Positions 46,329 through 55,430 of a DNA stretch of 57,406 nucleotides are shown piece after piece. This stretch comes from an uncultured Acidobacterium sp. (lineage in GTDB: Bacteria; Acidobacteriota; Vicinamibacteria; Vicinamibacterales; UBA2999). Below the pieces are notes generated by a model. The model saw nothing but the letters and a program-made list of their open reading frames with translations. It was not told the DNA's origin and ran no database searches. Location: NCBI GenBank assembly GCA_964355095.1, contig CAYHCX010000009.1:1-57406 (forward strand), written 5' to 3'. Position numbers and translations under genes: made by a program. How positions within the stretch are numbered: the stretch's first letter is position 1; each line of letters begins with the position of its first letter.

Positions 46329-49175
46329 ATGACAAGTTTCCGAAGTCTCGCGGTCGCAATGCTCTTCAGCGTTGCGTTCGCGTCGGCGCTCAGCGCCCAG
46401 GATCAAGGGCGGTTGACCGGCATTGTTACGGACGCGCAGAAGGCTACTCTTCCTGGCGTCACCGTGACGGCGGCATCACCGGCCCTCATCGGCACGCAGT
46501 CGGCTGTCACGGAAATTGATGGGCGGTATCGTTTCCCATCACTTCCCCCAGGTCGCTACACTTTGACCTTTGAACTGGCCGGGTTTCAGACCACGCGTCG
46601 CGAGAACATCGTTCTCGCCTTGGGCCAGACCCTGAACGTCGATCTGCAGTTGGCGGTGGCGACCCTGCAAGAGACGGTCACCGTTACCGCGGAATCGCCG
46701 CTGGTTGACGTGTCGTCGACCAAGGTCGGGTCCGAGTTCAGCTCCGAGAAGCTGGCGGCGATCCCGTCGGCGACGGACCTGTGGGCGACCCTGGGCCAGG
46801 CGCCCGGCGTGCGCATGCTCGGGTTCGACGTCGGCGGCAGCCACAAGAGTCAGCAGACCGGCTACGAGAGCTTCGGCGTTCGTAACCAGAACCGCGTGGT
46901 CACCGACGGTGTCGACACGACCGAAGGCACCGGCGCCGCCGGCATTTACCAGGATTTCTTCGCGCACGAAGAAGTAACGGTGAGCGCCGCGGGCGGCGAT
47001 GTCACGATGATGACGCCGGGCTCGGCGGTGTACTCGACCATCAAGAGTGGCGGCAACGAGTTCAAGTCCCTCCAGAACCTCACGTATCAGGACGGCAGTT
47101 TTGTCGGCGACAACATCGACGCCGACACGTCGAAGCGGGGCTATACCGGGCAGCCCAACCTGATCTTCTGGGAAGGCCACAGCGATATTGGTGGTCCGAT
47201 CAAGCGCGACAAAATGTGGTTCTACGGCGCCTACAACCACTTCAAGATCGACAAGATCATCTCCGGCGTGCCGGAGCGGTTCAGCGATCTGGGTGTCTTC
47301 GACAACGCCACTGGCAAGCTGACGTGGAAGGCCTCCACCAAGGACACCGTGATCGGCTACTACCAGTGGGCGCGCAAGTTCAAGCCGCGCCGCGGCCTCT
47401 CGAACACGACCGGCCCCGACTCGATTCTCGCGCAGGACAGCCGGTCGTGGATGTACAACGGCCAGTGGCAGCGGGTGTGGACGAATCGCCTGTTCACCGA
47501 CACGAAGGTCGGCTTGTTCGGCTTTGGCTGGCCGATGGCGCCGGCGGTGCCGTTCGAGTCGAATCCGCCCCGTCAGGACACCGGCACCGGCATTGAAACC
47601 GGCGCTGGCTGGCTGGCGGGCAGCAACGGCGGGCCGTTCACGTTCGACCGCAACAAGCCCCAGGTCACGTTCACGGCAAGCTACTTCCTTCCCGAAAAGG
47701 CCGGCTCGCACGACTTCAAATTCGGGTTCGAATGGCAGGACGATCAATCGAAGTTCGCCAACAACGGCTCGTCGGGTCCGCTGTTCTATCGTGACCTCAA
47801 CGGCGCCATCGATCAGGTCCGCGTGACCGACCTCGGCACGTTCGCCGACTTCGGCACCGGCTGGACCGGCGCCGACGATCGCGACAAGCGCTTCTCGTTC
47901 TTCCTCCAGGATCGCTGGAGCCTGAACCGCAGGGTCTCGCTGAGCCTCGGCGTGCGCTTCGATCGGCAGGAGCCCTACTACAGGGACTCGGTCCGGAATC
48001 CCGTGCTGGCGGCGGTCTTCCCGCCCACGACGGTGGCCGGCAAGACCCTCCTGACGTCGAGCAAGGTCGTGCCCCGCATCGGCATCAGCTACTCGCCGAC
48101 CGATGACGGCAAGTCGGTGGTCAAGGCCTTCTATGGCCGCTACTACTACAACTTCGCGGACCGGTTCTCGAACGTGAACCCGGGCGGCACCAACACCCGG
48201 GATTACCGTTTCAACGACCTGAACGGAAACCGTACCTTTGACGGCGTGCAGGAGCTGGGCCTTCTGGTCGCCTCGGCCGGCGGCACCAGCACGACGCTCG
48301 ATCCGAACCTGCGGACGCCCTACGCCGACGAACTCAGCCTGTCGTTCGAGCAGCAGTTCTGGGGAGAGTCCTCGTTCCGTGCGGCCTACGTACGGAAGAT
48401 GTCGCGCGACGAGTTCGCGACTTACAACGTATTGCGCGACAACCAGTTCACGGTGGCCCGCACCGTCACCGTCAACGAACAGGACTTCGTGAATGGCGTG
48501 ACCGCGCCGCGCACCCTCACGGTCTACGACATTCCCGACAGCCTCCGCGGACAAGTACGGAACGTGGTCGCCAACATTCCGGAAAGTGTCGGCGGCGGCG
48601 ATTACACCTACGACACCATCCAGGTCGCTTTCAACAAACGGTTTGGCGGCGGGCTGTTCGTGCAGAGCAGCTTCGACTACCAGTGGCGCGACGAGTTGCG
48701 TGGCACCGGCGCCACGACCAGCCCGCTCAGCTCCGACCCGCTGCCCATCGGCTACTTCCAGAACATCTTCCCGGATGTGCCGAATCGGCAGAACAGCACG
48801 AACTGGCAGGCGCGCGCGCTGGCCCGCTACGTGTTCCCGGCCGGCGTCGGCGCGGCACTGAACCTGCGCAGCCAGAGCGGCTGGGCCTACTCGCGCCTCC
48901 TGTCCGTCACGCTGCCCAACGCGGGCACGCAGCGGTTCTTCGCCGAGCCGATCAAGAACAACCGATCCGACGCGGTCTCGATCCTCGACCTCCGTGTCGA
49001 CAAGTCGCTCACTTTCGGCGGGAAGTACAAACTCACGCTGATGGCGGACCTCTTCAACGCGATGAACTCGAACGCCGTCAGCAACTTCAACCTGCTGAAC
49101 GGTTCACAGTACAACCGGATTATCGCGACGCTCGATCCGCGAACCTTCCAGTTGGGCTTCCGGTTCGACTTCTAA
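46329..49175 (+). CDS. TonB-dependent-receptor-like OM beta-barrel with an N-terminal CarboxypepD_reg domain
   Basis: RBS AGGAGGA. Signal peptide. LTGIVTDAQKATLPGVTVTA..DGRYRFPSLPPGRYTLTF. C-terminal ..LGFRFDF. Confidence 0.8.
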   Translation: MTSFRSLAVAMLFSVAFASALSAQDQGRLTGIVTDAQKATLPGVTVTAASPALIGTQSAVTEIDGRYRFPSLPPGRYTLTFELAGFQTTRRENIVLALGQTLNVDLQLAVATLQETVTVTAESPLVDVSSTKVGSEFSSEKLAAIPSATDLWATLGQAPGVRMLGFDVGGSHKSQQTGYESFGVRNQNRVVTDGVDTTEGTGAAGIYQDFFAHEEVTVSAAGGDVTMMTPGSAVYSTIKSGGNEFKSLQNLTYQDGSFVGDNIDADTSKRGYTGQPNLIFWEGHSDIGGPIKRDKMWFYGAYNHFKIDKIISGVPERFSDLGVFDNATGKLTWKASTKDTVIGYYQWARKFKPRRGLSNTTGPDSILAQDSRSWMYNGQWQRVWTNRLFTDTKVGLFGFGWPMAPAVPFESNPPRQDTGTGIETGAGWLAGSNGGPFTFDRNKPQVTFTASYFLPEKAGSHDFKFGFEWQDDQSKFANNGSSGPLFYRDLNGAIDQVRVTDLGTFADFGTGWTGADDRDKRFSFFLQDRWSLNRRVSLSLGVRFDRQEPYYRDSVRNPVLAAVFPPTTVAGKTLLTSSKVVPRIGISYSPTDDGKSVVKAFYGRYYYNFADRFSNVNPGGTNTRDYRFNDLNGNRTFDGVQELGLLVASAGGTSTTLDPNLRTPYADELSLSFEQQFWGESSFRAAYVRKMSRDEFATYNVLRDNQFTVARTVTVNEQDFVNGVTAPRTLTVYDIPDSLRGQVRNVVANIPESVGGGDYTYDTIQVAFNKRFGGGLFVQSSFDYQWRDELRGTGATTSPLSSDPLPIGYFQNIFPDVPNRQNSTNWQARALARYVFPAGVGAALNLRSQSGWAYSRLLSVTLPNAGTQRFFAEPIKNNRSDAVSILDLRVDKSLTFGGKYKLTLMADLFNAMNSNAVSNFNLLNGSQYNRIIATLDPRTFQLGFRFDF

Positions 49176-49201
49176 TCGCACGCTGCAGACTTCAACGAAC
49201 A

Positions 49202-49236
49202 CACGAAGGGCCGGGAGCACATCCCGGCCCTTCGTG
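49202..49236. terminator. 14-bp-stem hairpin between convergent genes (no U-tract)
   Basis: CACGAAGGGCCGGG-AGCACAT-CCCGGCCCTTCGTG. Confidence 0.45.
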
Positions 49237-49247
49237 CGTACGGGTCG

Positions 49248-51401
49248 TTACCGAGGGGTCAGCAGGGAGGCGACGATGGCGAGTTCGCGGTCGTAGGCGG
49301 GGCGCGGCGCGTTCTCGGCGAATCGGCGCGCGGCTTCGCGGGCTTCATCCTGGCGGCCAAGGTCACGCAGTGTGACCGCCAGATTGAACAGCACGTCAAC
49401 ATCGCGGCCATCGAGTTCGACGGCGCGCCGCCAGGCGTTGACCGCCGCCCCGCGATCGCCGGACTCGTGATTGAGAGTCGCCTGCAACTTCCAGCCATCG
49501 ATGAACTCCGGATGTTGCCGCGTCAGGTCCGAGATGTCCCGTGACGCTCCAGCGCGGTCGCCCGACTCGAGGCGCGCCAGCGCACGGTTGAACGCGATGC
49601 GCGCGGCGGCGGGTGCCAGCCTGGCTGCCGCATCGAATGCCGAGCGCGACTCGGCGTGCCGGCCAAGTTGCGCGCGCGCCACGCCCAGCGCGTTCCACGC
49701 GTCGGCCGAAGCGGCCCCGCCAACCACGACCTGTTCGAGAACCGTGACTGCCCGATCGGGTCGGCCCGCGGCAAGGTGGGCGGCGCCGAGGCGCTCACGC
49801 AGGGCGGGGCTGCCGTCGGCCGCCATCGCCGCGGTCTCCAGCAGGGTCACGGCCTCGGGTGCCCGGCCGGACTCAATCAGGACCGACGCCGCCGCCAGCC
49901 GCGCGGCCTCGAATGCCGGCCGCGCCGCGACGATGGCCCGCAGGCCGTCGAGGTCGCGTGCCCCGCCGGCGAGAAGCGCCAGGAACCGCTCGTAGAGGGG
50001 CAGCACCTGTTTCGGATCATCGCCGGCCTCGAACGGCGCGGTCTGCGGCCGGGCCCCGCCCGAGGCATAGCCGAGCGAGCGCAACCTGGCTGCCGCACCT
50101 GGGTCGGGCACCATGGTTGCGGAGGGGACCGTGCTGGCCGCCAGCGCCGGCAGCAGGGCCTGCAACTGCCGCGCGCGGTCGGCCGACGCCGCGATCACGT
50201 TCCGCGTTTCGCCCGGATCGGACGCGACGTCGTACAGCTCGGGGATGGGTGCGGCGATCAACTTCCAGTGGTCCTGCACGACGGCGGTGACCGGTGCGGC
50301 ACCGGCCGTCAGCCATCCATCCATGGCCTCGAGGTAAATCGGTCGGGCGTTGTCCGCGTCATCCGACAGGACGCGAAGTGATCGTCCTGGCAGGGCGGGA
50401 TCTTCAGGCAGGCCGAGCACATCGAGCGCGGTGGGCACCAGGTCGATCAGCCCGGCCGCCGCGTCATGGATCCCGGTTCCCAGCCCCGGCCCGGCGATCA
50501 CCAGCGGCACGCGCATGGTGGCGTCATAGGTGAAGAGCCCGTGCGTACTCTCGCCGTGCTCGCCCAGGCTTTCGCCGTGATCGGCGGTGACCATGATGAC
50601 CGTACGCGCCAGGGCGCCGCCGCGATCAAGGCGTTCCAGGAAGTCGCCGAGCGCACGATCGACGAAGCGCACTTCGCCGTCGTAGCCCTCACCAGCCGCG
50701 CCGGGCGCGTCATAGGGCGCGTGAGGATCGAACACGTGCACCCACGCGAACCACGGCCGACTGGGAGCAACGGGGTCGAGAATCCATTTAGCGGCCGCGC
50801 TTAAGACGTCTGGCGCACGCCGCTCGGCGAATCCAAAATCGGCCGCGAACGCCCGGTCGTCATCGACACCGTCGTAGTGATCGAAGCCCTGGCCGACGCC
50901 AAATCGAGAATCGAGAACGAAGGCGCCGACGAACGCGCCGGTCCGGTAGCCATTGGGTCCCAACCGCTCGGCGAGCGTGAGCTGGGCGGCGTCGAGCCTG
51001 AAGGCGCCATTGCCCCTGGCGCCGTGGGCCGGCGGCAGCAAGCCGGTAAGGATTGAGGCATGCGACGGCAGCGTCAGCGGCGCGTGCGCATAGGCCGTCC
51101 GGAATCGATGACCGGTGGCGGCCAGTTTATTAAGGTTAGGGGTGAGCCCGGCCGTCAGTCGATCGGCGCGGAGCGTGTCGATGGTGACGAGCAGCAGGTT
51201 GGCGCCCCTCAGCGCCGACGGTTGCCAGACCGGCCGTCCGGAGGTCGCGAACAACCACCATCCGGCTGCGATCAGTGCCACTGCGCCGCCAATGACGCCA
51301 ACACTTCGACTCCGGCCCCACACGAAGTCAGCATATCGCGCTCGCGCGCGGCGCCGGCTTCCACTTCGACTACTCGCCGCTTTCGACTCGACCTTCGACA
51401 C
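49248..51401 (-). CDS. sulfatase-family (alkaline phosphatase superfamily) protein with a C-terminal TPR domain
   Basis: LLVTIDTLRADRL and VTADHGESLGEHG motifs. The C-terminal half is Ala-rich TPR repeats. Confidence 0.8.
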   Translation of the reverse strand: MSKVESKAASSRSGSRRRARARYADFVWGRSRSVGVIGGAVALIAAGWWLFATSGRPVWQPSALRGANLLLVTIDTLRADRLTAGLTPNLNKLAATGHRFRTAYAHAPLTLPSHASILTGLLPPAHGARGNGAFRLDAAQLTLAERLGPNGYRTGAFVGAFVLDSRFGVGQGFDHYDGVDDDRAFAADFGFAERRAPDVLSAAAKWILDPVAPSRPWFAWVHVFDPHAPYDAPGAAGEGYDGEVRFVDRALGDFLERLDRGGALARTVIMVTADHGESLGEHGESTHGLFTYDATMRVPLVIAGPGLGTGIHDAAAGLIDLVPTALDVLGLPEDPALPGRSLRVLSDDADNARPIYLEAMDGWLTAGAAPVTAVVQDHWKLIAAPIPELYDVASDPGETRNVIAASADRARQLQALLPALAASTVPSATMVPDPGAAARLRSLGYASGGARPQTAPFEAGDDPKQVLPLYERFLALLAGGARDLDGLRAIVAARPAFEAARLAAASVLIESGRAPEAVTLLETAAMAADGSPALRERLGAAHLAAGRPDRAVTVLEQVVVGGAASADAWNALGVARAQLGRHAESRSAFDAAARLAPAAARIAFNRALARLESGDRAGASRDISDLTRQHPEFIDGWKLQATLNHESGDRGAAVNAWRRAVELDGRDVDVLFNLAVTLRDLGRQDEAREAARRFAENAPRPAYDRELAIVASLLTPR

Positions 51402-51595
51402 CCAGCTGTGGAACGCGGTCGGCCCTGGTCACTGCCCTGATGACGCCGGCGGATCCAGCCAGCCGAAGACCCGATTTTCAATCCGTTGGATTTGTCACAG
51501 ATTATCTGCGCCCGCCATCGACTTTAGGCCCATTTTGGCACCGGCTGCCTCGCCCAAGACCCGGCATGACGCTTGCTCTATGGAGGGTGAGAAGT

Positions 51596-51706
51596 TTGAC
51601 GTCCCCCACAGGAGTCATAAGTTTCTCCGCCGACCTGTCCACCGTAGCCTTGGCGAAGGTGGAAGCCTTTCAGGCGAAGGCGGAATTTTTGAGCCAGGCT
51701 GACTAG
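51596..51706 (+). CDS. candidate 36-aa small ORF (alternatively part of an sRNA)
   Basis: GGAGG lies 9 nt before TTG 51596. Translates MTSPTGVISFSADLSTVALAKVEAFQAKAEFLSQAD. G/C at third codon positions is only moderate (26 of 36). Followed by the plus-strand terminator. Confidence 0.2.
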   Translation: MTSPTGVISFSADLSTVALAKVEAFQAKAEFLSQAD

Positions 51707-51719
51707 GCTGCTGGCTCAC

Positions 51720-51747
51720 GGGGCCCTTATGAGGGCCCCTTTTTTTT
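51720..51747 (+). terminator. intrinsic terminator oriented for the plus strand
   Basis: GGGGCCC-TTATGA-GGGCCCC followed by eight T. Both flanking annotated genes are on the minus strand. Confidence 0.6.
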
Positions 51748-51750
51748 GCC

Positions 51751-52701
51751 TTAACCTTTCTTGAGCTGGGCGATCAGGCCTTGGGCCTGGGCGGCTTCCG
51801 ACGAGTTCGGATCCACCGCGATCACCTTTTCCATGATCTCGAGGGCGCCGGCCATGTCGGCCTTCTGCAGCTTGGCCAGGCCGATCTTGAACAGCGGCTT
51901 GCCCCACGTGGGGTCCATGTCAACGGCGCGCTGGTAGTACTTCACCGCCTCGTCGGTCTCGCCCTTCGCGAACTTCACCTCGCCAAGGTTATAGAACACC
52001 TCGCGGCTGGCGCTGGTTGACGAAGCCACTTCCAGCAACGCCTTCTCGGCGTTGGCGAAGTCGCCCTTCTCGAGGTAGGTCATGCCGATTTCGATCTTCG
52101 ACCTGTCGTTGTTCGGGTCGGCGGCCAGCACCTTCTGATACGACGCAATCGCCTCGTCGTACTTCTTTTGCAGGCGCTGCACCTGGGCGATCTGACCGTT
52201 GATCATCGTGAGCACGGGCGTCTTGGTGAGGATGGCCTCGTAGGCGGTGATGGCGGCGTCGTACTGCTGGCTGTTGGCCAGGTCCATGGCCTTCTGCAGT
52301 TCGGCCTGTAGTTCCTTGGTGTTCACGCCGGCGAGCGCCCCGGCGGGGCCGGTGGCGCCGGGCGCCAGCACGAAGTCCACGGGCGGCATGGGCGCGCCCA
52401 GCGAGCGGACGGGCACGTTTCCGGAGGAGGGCGCGAAGCCCGGGGCCACGGCCGTGATCTTCCAGGTGCCGGTCTTGAGGCCGATGATCGAGTAGCGCCC
52501 CTTGTCGTCGGTGGTCGCCGTGAAAGACGATGGCGACGCCTGCGAATTTTCCGCGGTGATGGTGGCGCCCTTCAAAGGCTGACCCTGTGGATCCTTGATG
52601 GTGCCGCCAATCCGGCCGGTCTGCGCCGCGGCCGGGAGGGCCGAAACCACGAGCGCCACGACCAGAGCCGCCGCCCCAAAAAATGTCTTCAAGTCACGCA
52701 T
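51751..52701 (-). CDS. secreted CarboxypepD_reg + TPR repeat protein
   Basis: Start at ATG 52701, 8 nt after GGAGA. Signal peptide. GGTIKDPQGQPLKGATITAEN..KGRYSIIGLKTGTWKIT. TPR repeats follow. Confidence 0.75.
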   Translation of the reverse strand: MRDLKTFFGAAALVVALVVSALPAAAQTGRIGGTIKDPQGQPLKGATITAENSQASPSSFTATTDDKGRYSIIGLKTGTWKITAVAPGFAPSSGNVPVRSLGAPMPPVDFVLAPGATGPAGALAGVNTKELQAELQKAMDLANSQQYDAAITAYEAILTKTPVLTMINGQIAQVQRLQKKYDEAIASYQKVLAADPNNDRSKIEIGMTYLEKGDFANAEKALLEVASSTSASREVFYNLGEVKFAKGETDEAVKYYQRAVDMDPTWGKPLFKIGLAKLQKADMAGALEIMEKVIAVDPNSSEAAQAQGLIAQLKKG

Positions 52702-52816
52702 TGCTAGCATCTCCATGTGTCCGCCGACGTTCGGCGCCAAGGCCCACAAGCTACGGCGAGATCTCGCCGTAGCGGCCTCCGGCCGCAAAGGTGGAAAAAA
52801 ACCACAACCGAATCAG

Positions 52817-52822
52817 TATATT
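52817..52822 (+). promoter_or_regulatory. TATATT box 6 nt upstream of ATG 52829 (candidate leaderless promoter)
   Basis: Read directly. No SD is present. Confidence 0.3.
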
Positions 52823-52828
52823 AGCCCC

Positions 52829-55243
52829 ATGCGCCGAACGCTATATGCCGCCGCCCTGGTTTGTGTGGCGGCCACCCCTGTCCAGTTCGACGCCCTGAGC
52901 GAGGGGAAGGCCGGTCAGCAGACTGGCCCCCCCCGAGTCGAATGGGCGCGAATGGACGAACTGGTGGCCGACGCCATCGCGGCAAAGGCCACCCCCGGCG
53001 CCGTCGTCCTGGTCGGACGCGGCGATCAGACGGTTTACGAGAAGGCCTATGGCTCCCGGGTCACGGTCCCCGCCGAAGAGGCCATGACTCTTGATACGGT
53101 GTTCGACCTCGCATCGTTGACCAAGGTCGTTGGCACTACCACGGCGGTCATGACGCTGGTGGAGCAGGGCAGGGTGCGGCTCAACGACCCGGTGGCGTCG
53201 TTCATTCCCGGGTTCGAGCGATACGGAAAGGCCGGCATCACCGTTCGGCACCTGCTGACGCACGTGTCGGGCCTTCGCCCCGACGTGGATCTGCACCCCT
53301 GGAGCGGCTACGACGCCGCTATTGCCCTGGCGATTGACGAGGTACCCACCTCCGCGCCGGGCGAGCAGTTTGTTTACAGCGACATCAACTTCTTCCTGCT
53401 CGGCGACATCGTCACGCGGGTGACCGGGCAGTCGCTGGATGCGTACCTGCGACGCGCGGTCTTCGGACCGCTCGGCATGCGGGACACGGGCTTTCTGCCG
53501 GCCAAGATGCTGATGCCACGGATCGCCCCGACCGAGCGGTGCGCGGAACAGGACGCCTGGCCCTGTAAGCGTCCGGACGCGGCGCCGCTGCGCGGCGTGG
53601 TGCACGATCCCACCGCCCGGCGCATGGGCGGCATCGCCGGGCATGCAGGCCTGTTCAGCACGGCCCGCGACCTGCAGCGGTTCGCGCGGATGCTGAGCAA
53701 CGGCGGCGTGCTGAACGGCACGCGCGTGCTGTCGGCCGCCAGCGTGAAGGCGATGACGTCGCCGGCCACGCCGGCGGGCATGACGAGCGTGCGCGGACTC
53801 GGGTGGGACATCGACACGTCGTACTCGAGCAATCGCGGCGACCTGTTTCCGATCGGGTCGTATGGCCACACCGGGTTCACCGGCACCAGCCTGTGGATCG
53901 ATCCGGCGTCGAAGTCGTACGTGATCTTTCTGTCGAGCCGTCTGCACCCGGACGGCACCGGCGATGTCGGTGTGCTGCGCAGCCGGATCGCGACGGTTGC
54001 TGCCGCGGCGCTCTCCGGCGCGCCCGCAGGGTCGGGCTTTAGCCCGACCGTCGCCCCAAGCCCCAAATCCCCCGCCTTCGCTGAGGCTACGGCGGGCAGG
54101 CAGGTCCCAAGCCCGCCGGTTCTATCCGGCATCGACGTTCTTGCCCGCGACGGCTTCGCGAAGCTCAAGGGCAAGAGGGTCGGCCTGATCACAAACCACA
54201 CCGGCCGCGCCCGTGACGGCAGCAGCACGATCGATCTGCTGCACGACGCCCCCGGCGTCCAGTTGGTGGCGCTGTTCGCCCCGGAGCACGGCATTCGCGG
54301 CATCCTCGATGAGGACGTGCCGTCGGCTCGTGACGAGAAGACCGGTCTCATCATCAATTCGTTGTACGGCACCACGCGGCGCCCGACCGACGCGATGCTC
54401 GCCGGCATCGACACGCTCGTCATCGATCTCCAGGACATCGGGTCGCGCTTCTACACCTACCCGGCGACCGTGGGCTACGTCCTTGAGGAGGCGGCGAAGC
54501 GAAAGATGGCCGTGATGGTGCTCGACCGGCCGAACCCGGTCAACGGCTGGCAGATCGAAGGGCCGAACCAGTCCGAGCCAATCCGCGAGTTCATTGCCTA
54601 CTTCCCGATGCCGGTGCGGCACGGCTTGACCCTCGGCGAGCTGGCGAAGCTGTTCAACGAGGAAAAGAAGATCAACGCCGACCTGACGGTGATTCCCGCC
54701 GAGAACTGGCGGCGCGATTACTGGTTCGACGAGACCGGGCTGGCGTGGGTCAACCCGTCGCCGAACATGCGCAATCTCAACCAGGCCACGCTCTATCCGG
54801 GCATCGGCGCCATCGAGTACTCGAACGTCTCGGTCGGGCGCGGCACCGACCAGCCCTTCGAGCAGCTGGGCGCGCCGTGGATCGACGGGCCGCGGCTGGC
54901 GGCCGCGCTGAACGCGCGCAAGCTCGCGGGCATTCGCTTCTATCCGGTGGCCTTCACGCCCACCTCGAGCAAGTACGCCAACCAGGCGTGCCAGGGCGTG
55001 TTCATGGTGATCACCAATCGCGCCGCGCTCCAGCCGGTTCGCGTCGGGCTGGAGATTGCGGGCGCGCTGTTCACGCTGTTCGGCGAAAAATACCAGCTCG
55101 AGAACACCGACCTGCTGCTGGGATCCCGCGACAGTCTCGAGCGCGTGAAGCGCGGTGAGAACCCGGCCGCGGTCGCGGCCCGGTGGAGCGCCGACGAAGC
55201 ACGCTGGCGCCGCCTCCGGGCGAAGTATCTCCTGTATCGGTAG
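52829..55243 (+). CDS. fusion protein: serine hydrolase (beta-lactamase/PBP-like) + DUF1343/NamZ-like exo-muramidase domain
   Basis: N-terminal domain has ASLTK (SxxK), YSD and HTG motifs. C-terminal domain has GLITNHTG..LFAPEHG.. as in DUF1343. The linker is at about 54020-54120. Confidence 0.8.
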   Translation: MRRTLYAAALVCVAATPVQFDALSEGKAGQQTGPPRVEWARMDELVADAIAAKATPGAVVLVGRGDQTVYEKAYGSRVTVPAEEAMTLDTVFDLASLTKVVGTTTAVMTLVEQGRVRLNDPVASFIPGFERYGKAGITVRHLLTHVSGLRPDVDLHPWSGYDAAIALAIDEVPTSAPGEQFVYSDINFFLLGDIVTRVTGQSLDAYLRRAVFGPLGMRDTGFLPAKMLMPRIAPTERCAEQDAWPCKRPDAAPLRGVVHDPTARRMGGIAGHAGLFSTARDLQRFARMLSNGGVLNGTRVLSAASVKAMTSPATPAGMTSVRGLGWDIDTSYSSNRGDLFPIGSYGHTGFTGTSLWIDPASKSYVIFLSSRLHPDGTGDVGVLRSRIATVAAAALSGAPAGSGFSPTVAPSPKSPAFAEATAGRQVPSPPVLSGIDVLARDGFAKLKGKRVGLITNHTGRARDGSSTIDLLHDAPGVQLVALFAPEHGIRGILDEDVPSARDEKTGLIINSLYGTTRRPTDAMLAGIDTLVIDLQDIGSRFYTYPATVGYVLEEAAKRKMAVMVLDRPNPVNGWQIEGPNQSEPIREFIAYFPMPVRHGLTLGELAKLFNEEKKINADLTVIPAENWRRDYWFDETGLAWVNPSPNMRNLNQATLYPGIGAIEYSNVSVGRGTDQPFEQLGAPWIDGPRLAAALNARKLAGIRFYPVAFTPTSSKYANQACQGVFMVITNRAALQPVRVGLEIAGALFTLFGEKYQLENTDLLLGSRDSLERVKRGENPAAVAARWSADEARWRRLRAKYLLYR

Positions 55244-55430
55244 CGGCGCAACGACCAGCCTGAACTCGACGAGGGCGTTGGTAGCGGCTCCAGTGCTATT
55301 GACCTGAACGCTGCCGTCAGCAGAAGCAACGACGACGGCGTTGTCTGGTACCGTCACCGTCGCGGAGACTCCGGGAAAGGAAGCCGAAAATGTAACGAGG
55401 ACCTGGAGAGTTGCGGTAAGGTTCCGCATT

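Noticed and set aside
46189-46332. 47-aa ORF (MFMDSKGGL..AFWAFVPVIALTGFGGCTPQEDRHS) whose TGA overlaps the ATG of the TonB-like receptor gene.
   Set aside because: Many codons end in A or T, unlike genuine genes here. No RBS is present. The AGGAGGA inside it serves the downstream gene. More likely a 5' UTR or promoter region.
55244-55429. Minus-strand ORF start (MRNLTATLQVLVTFSASFPGVSATVTVPDNAVVVASADGSVQVNS..) in the spacer before the PQQ dehydrogenase.
   Set aside because: It has no stop before running antisense into the hydrolase/NamZ gene. Its ATG is back-to-back with the PQQ gene's ATG, leaving no promoter space. At best it is a gene remnant. I cannot support it as a feature.
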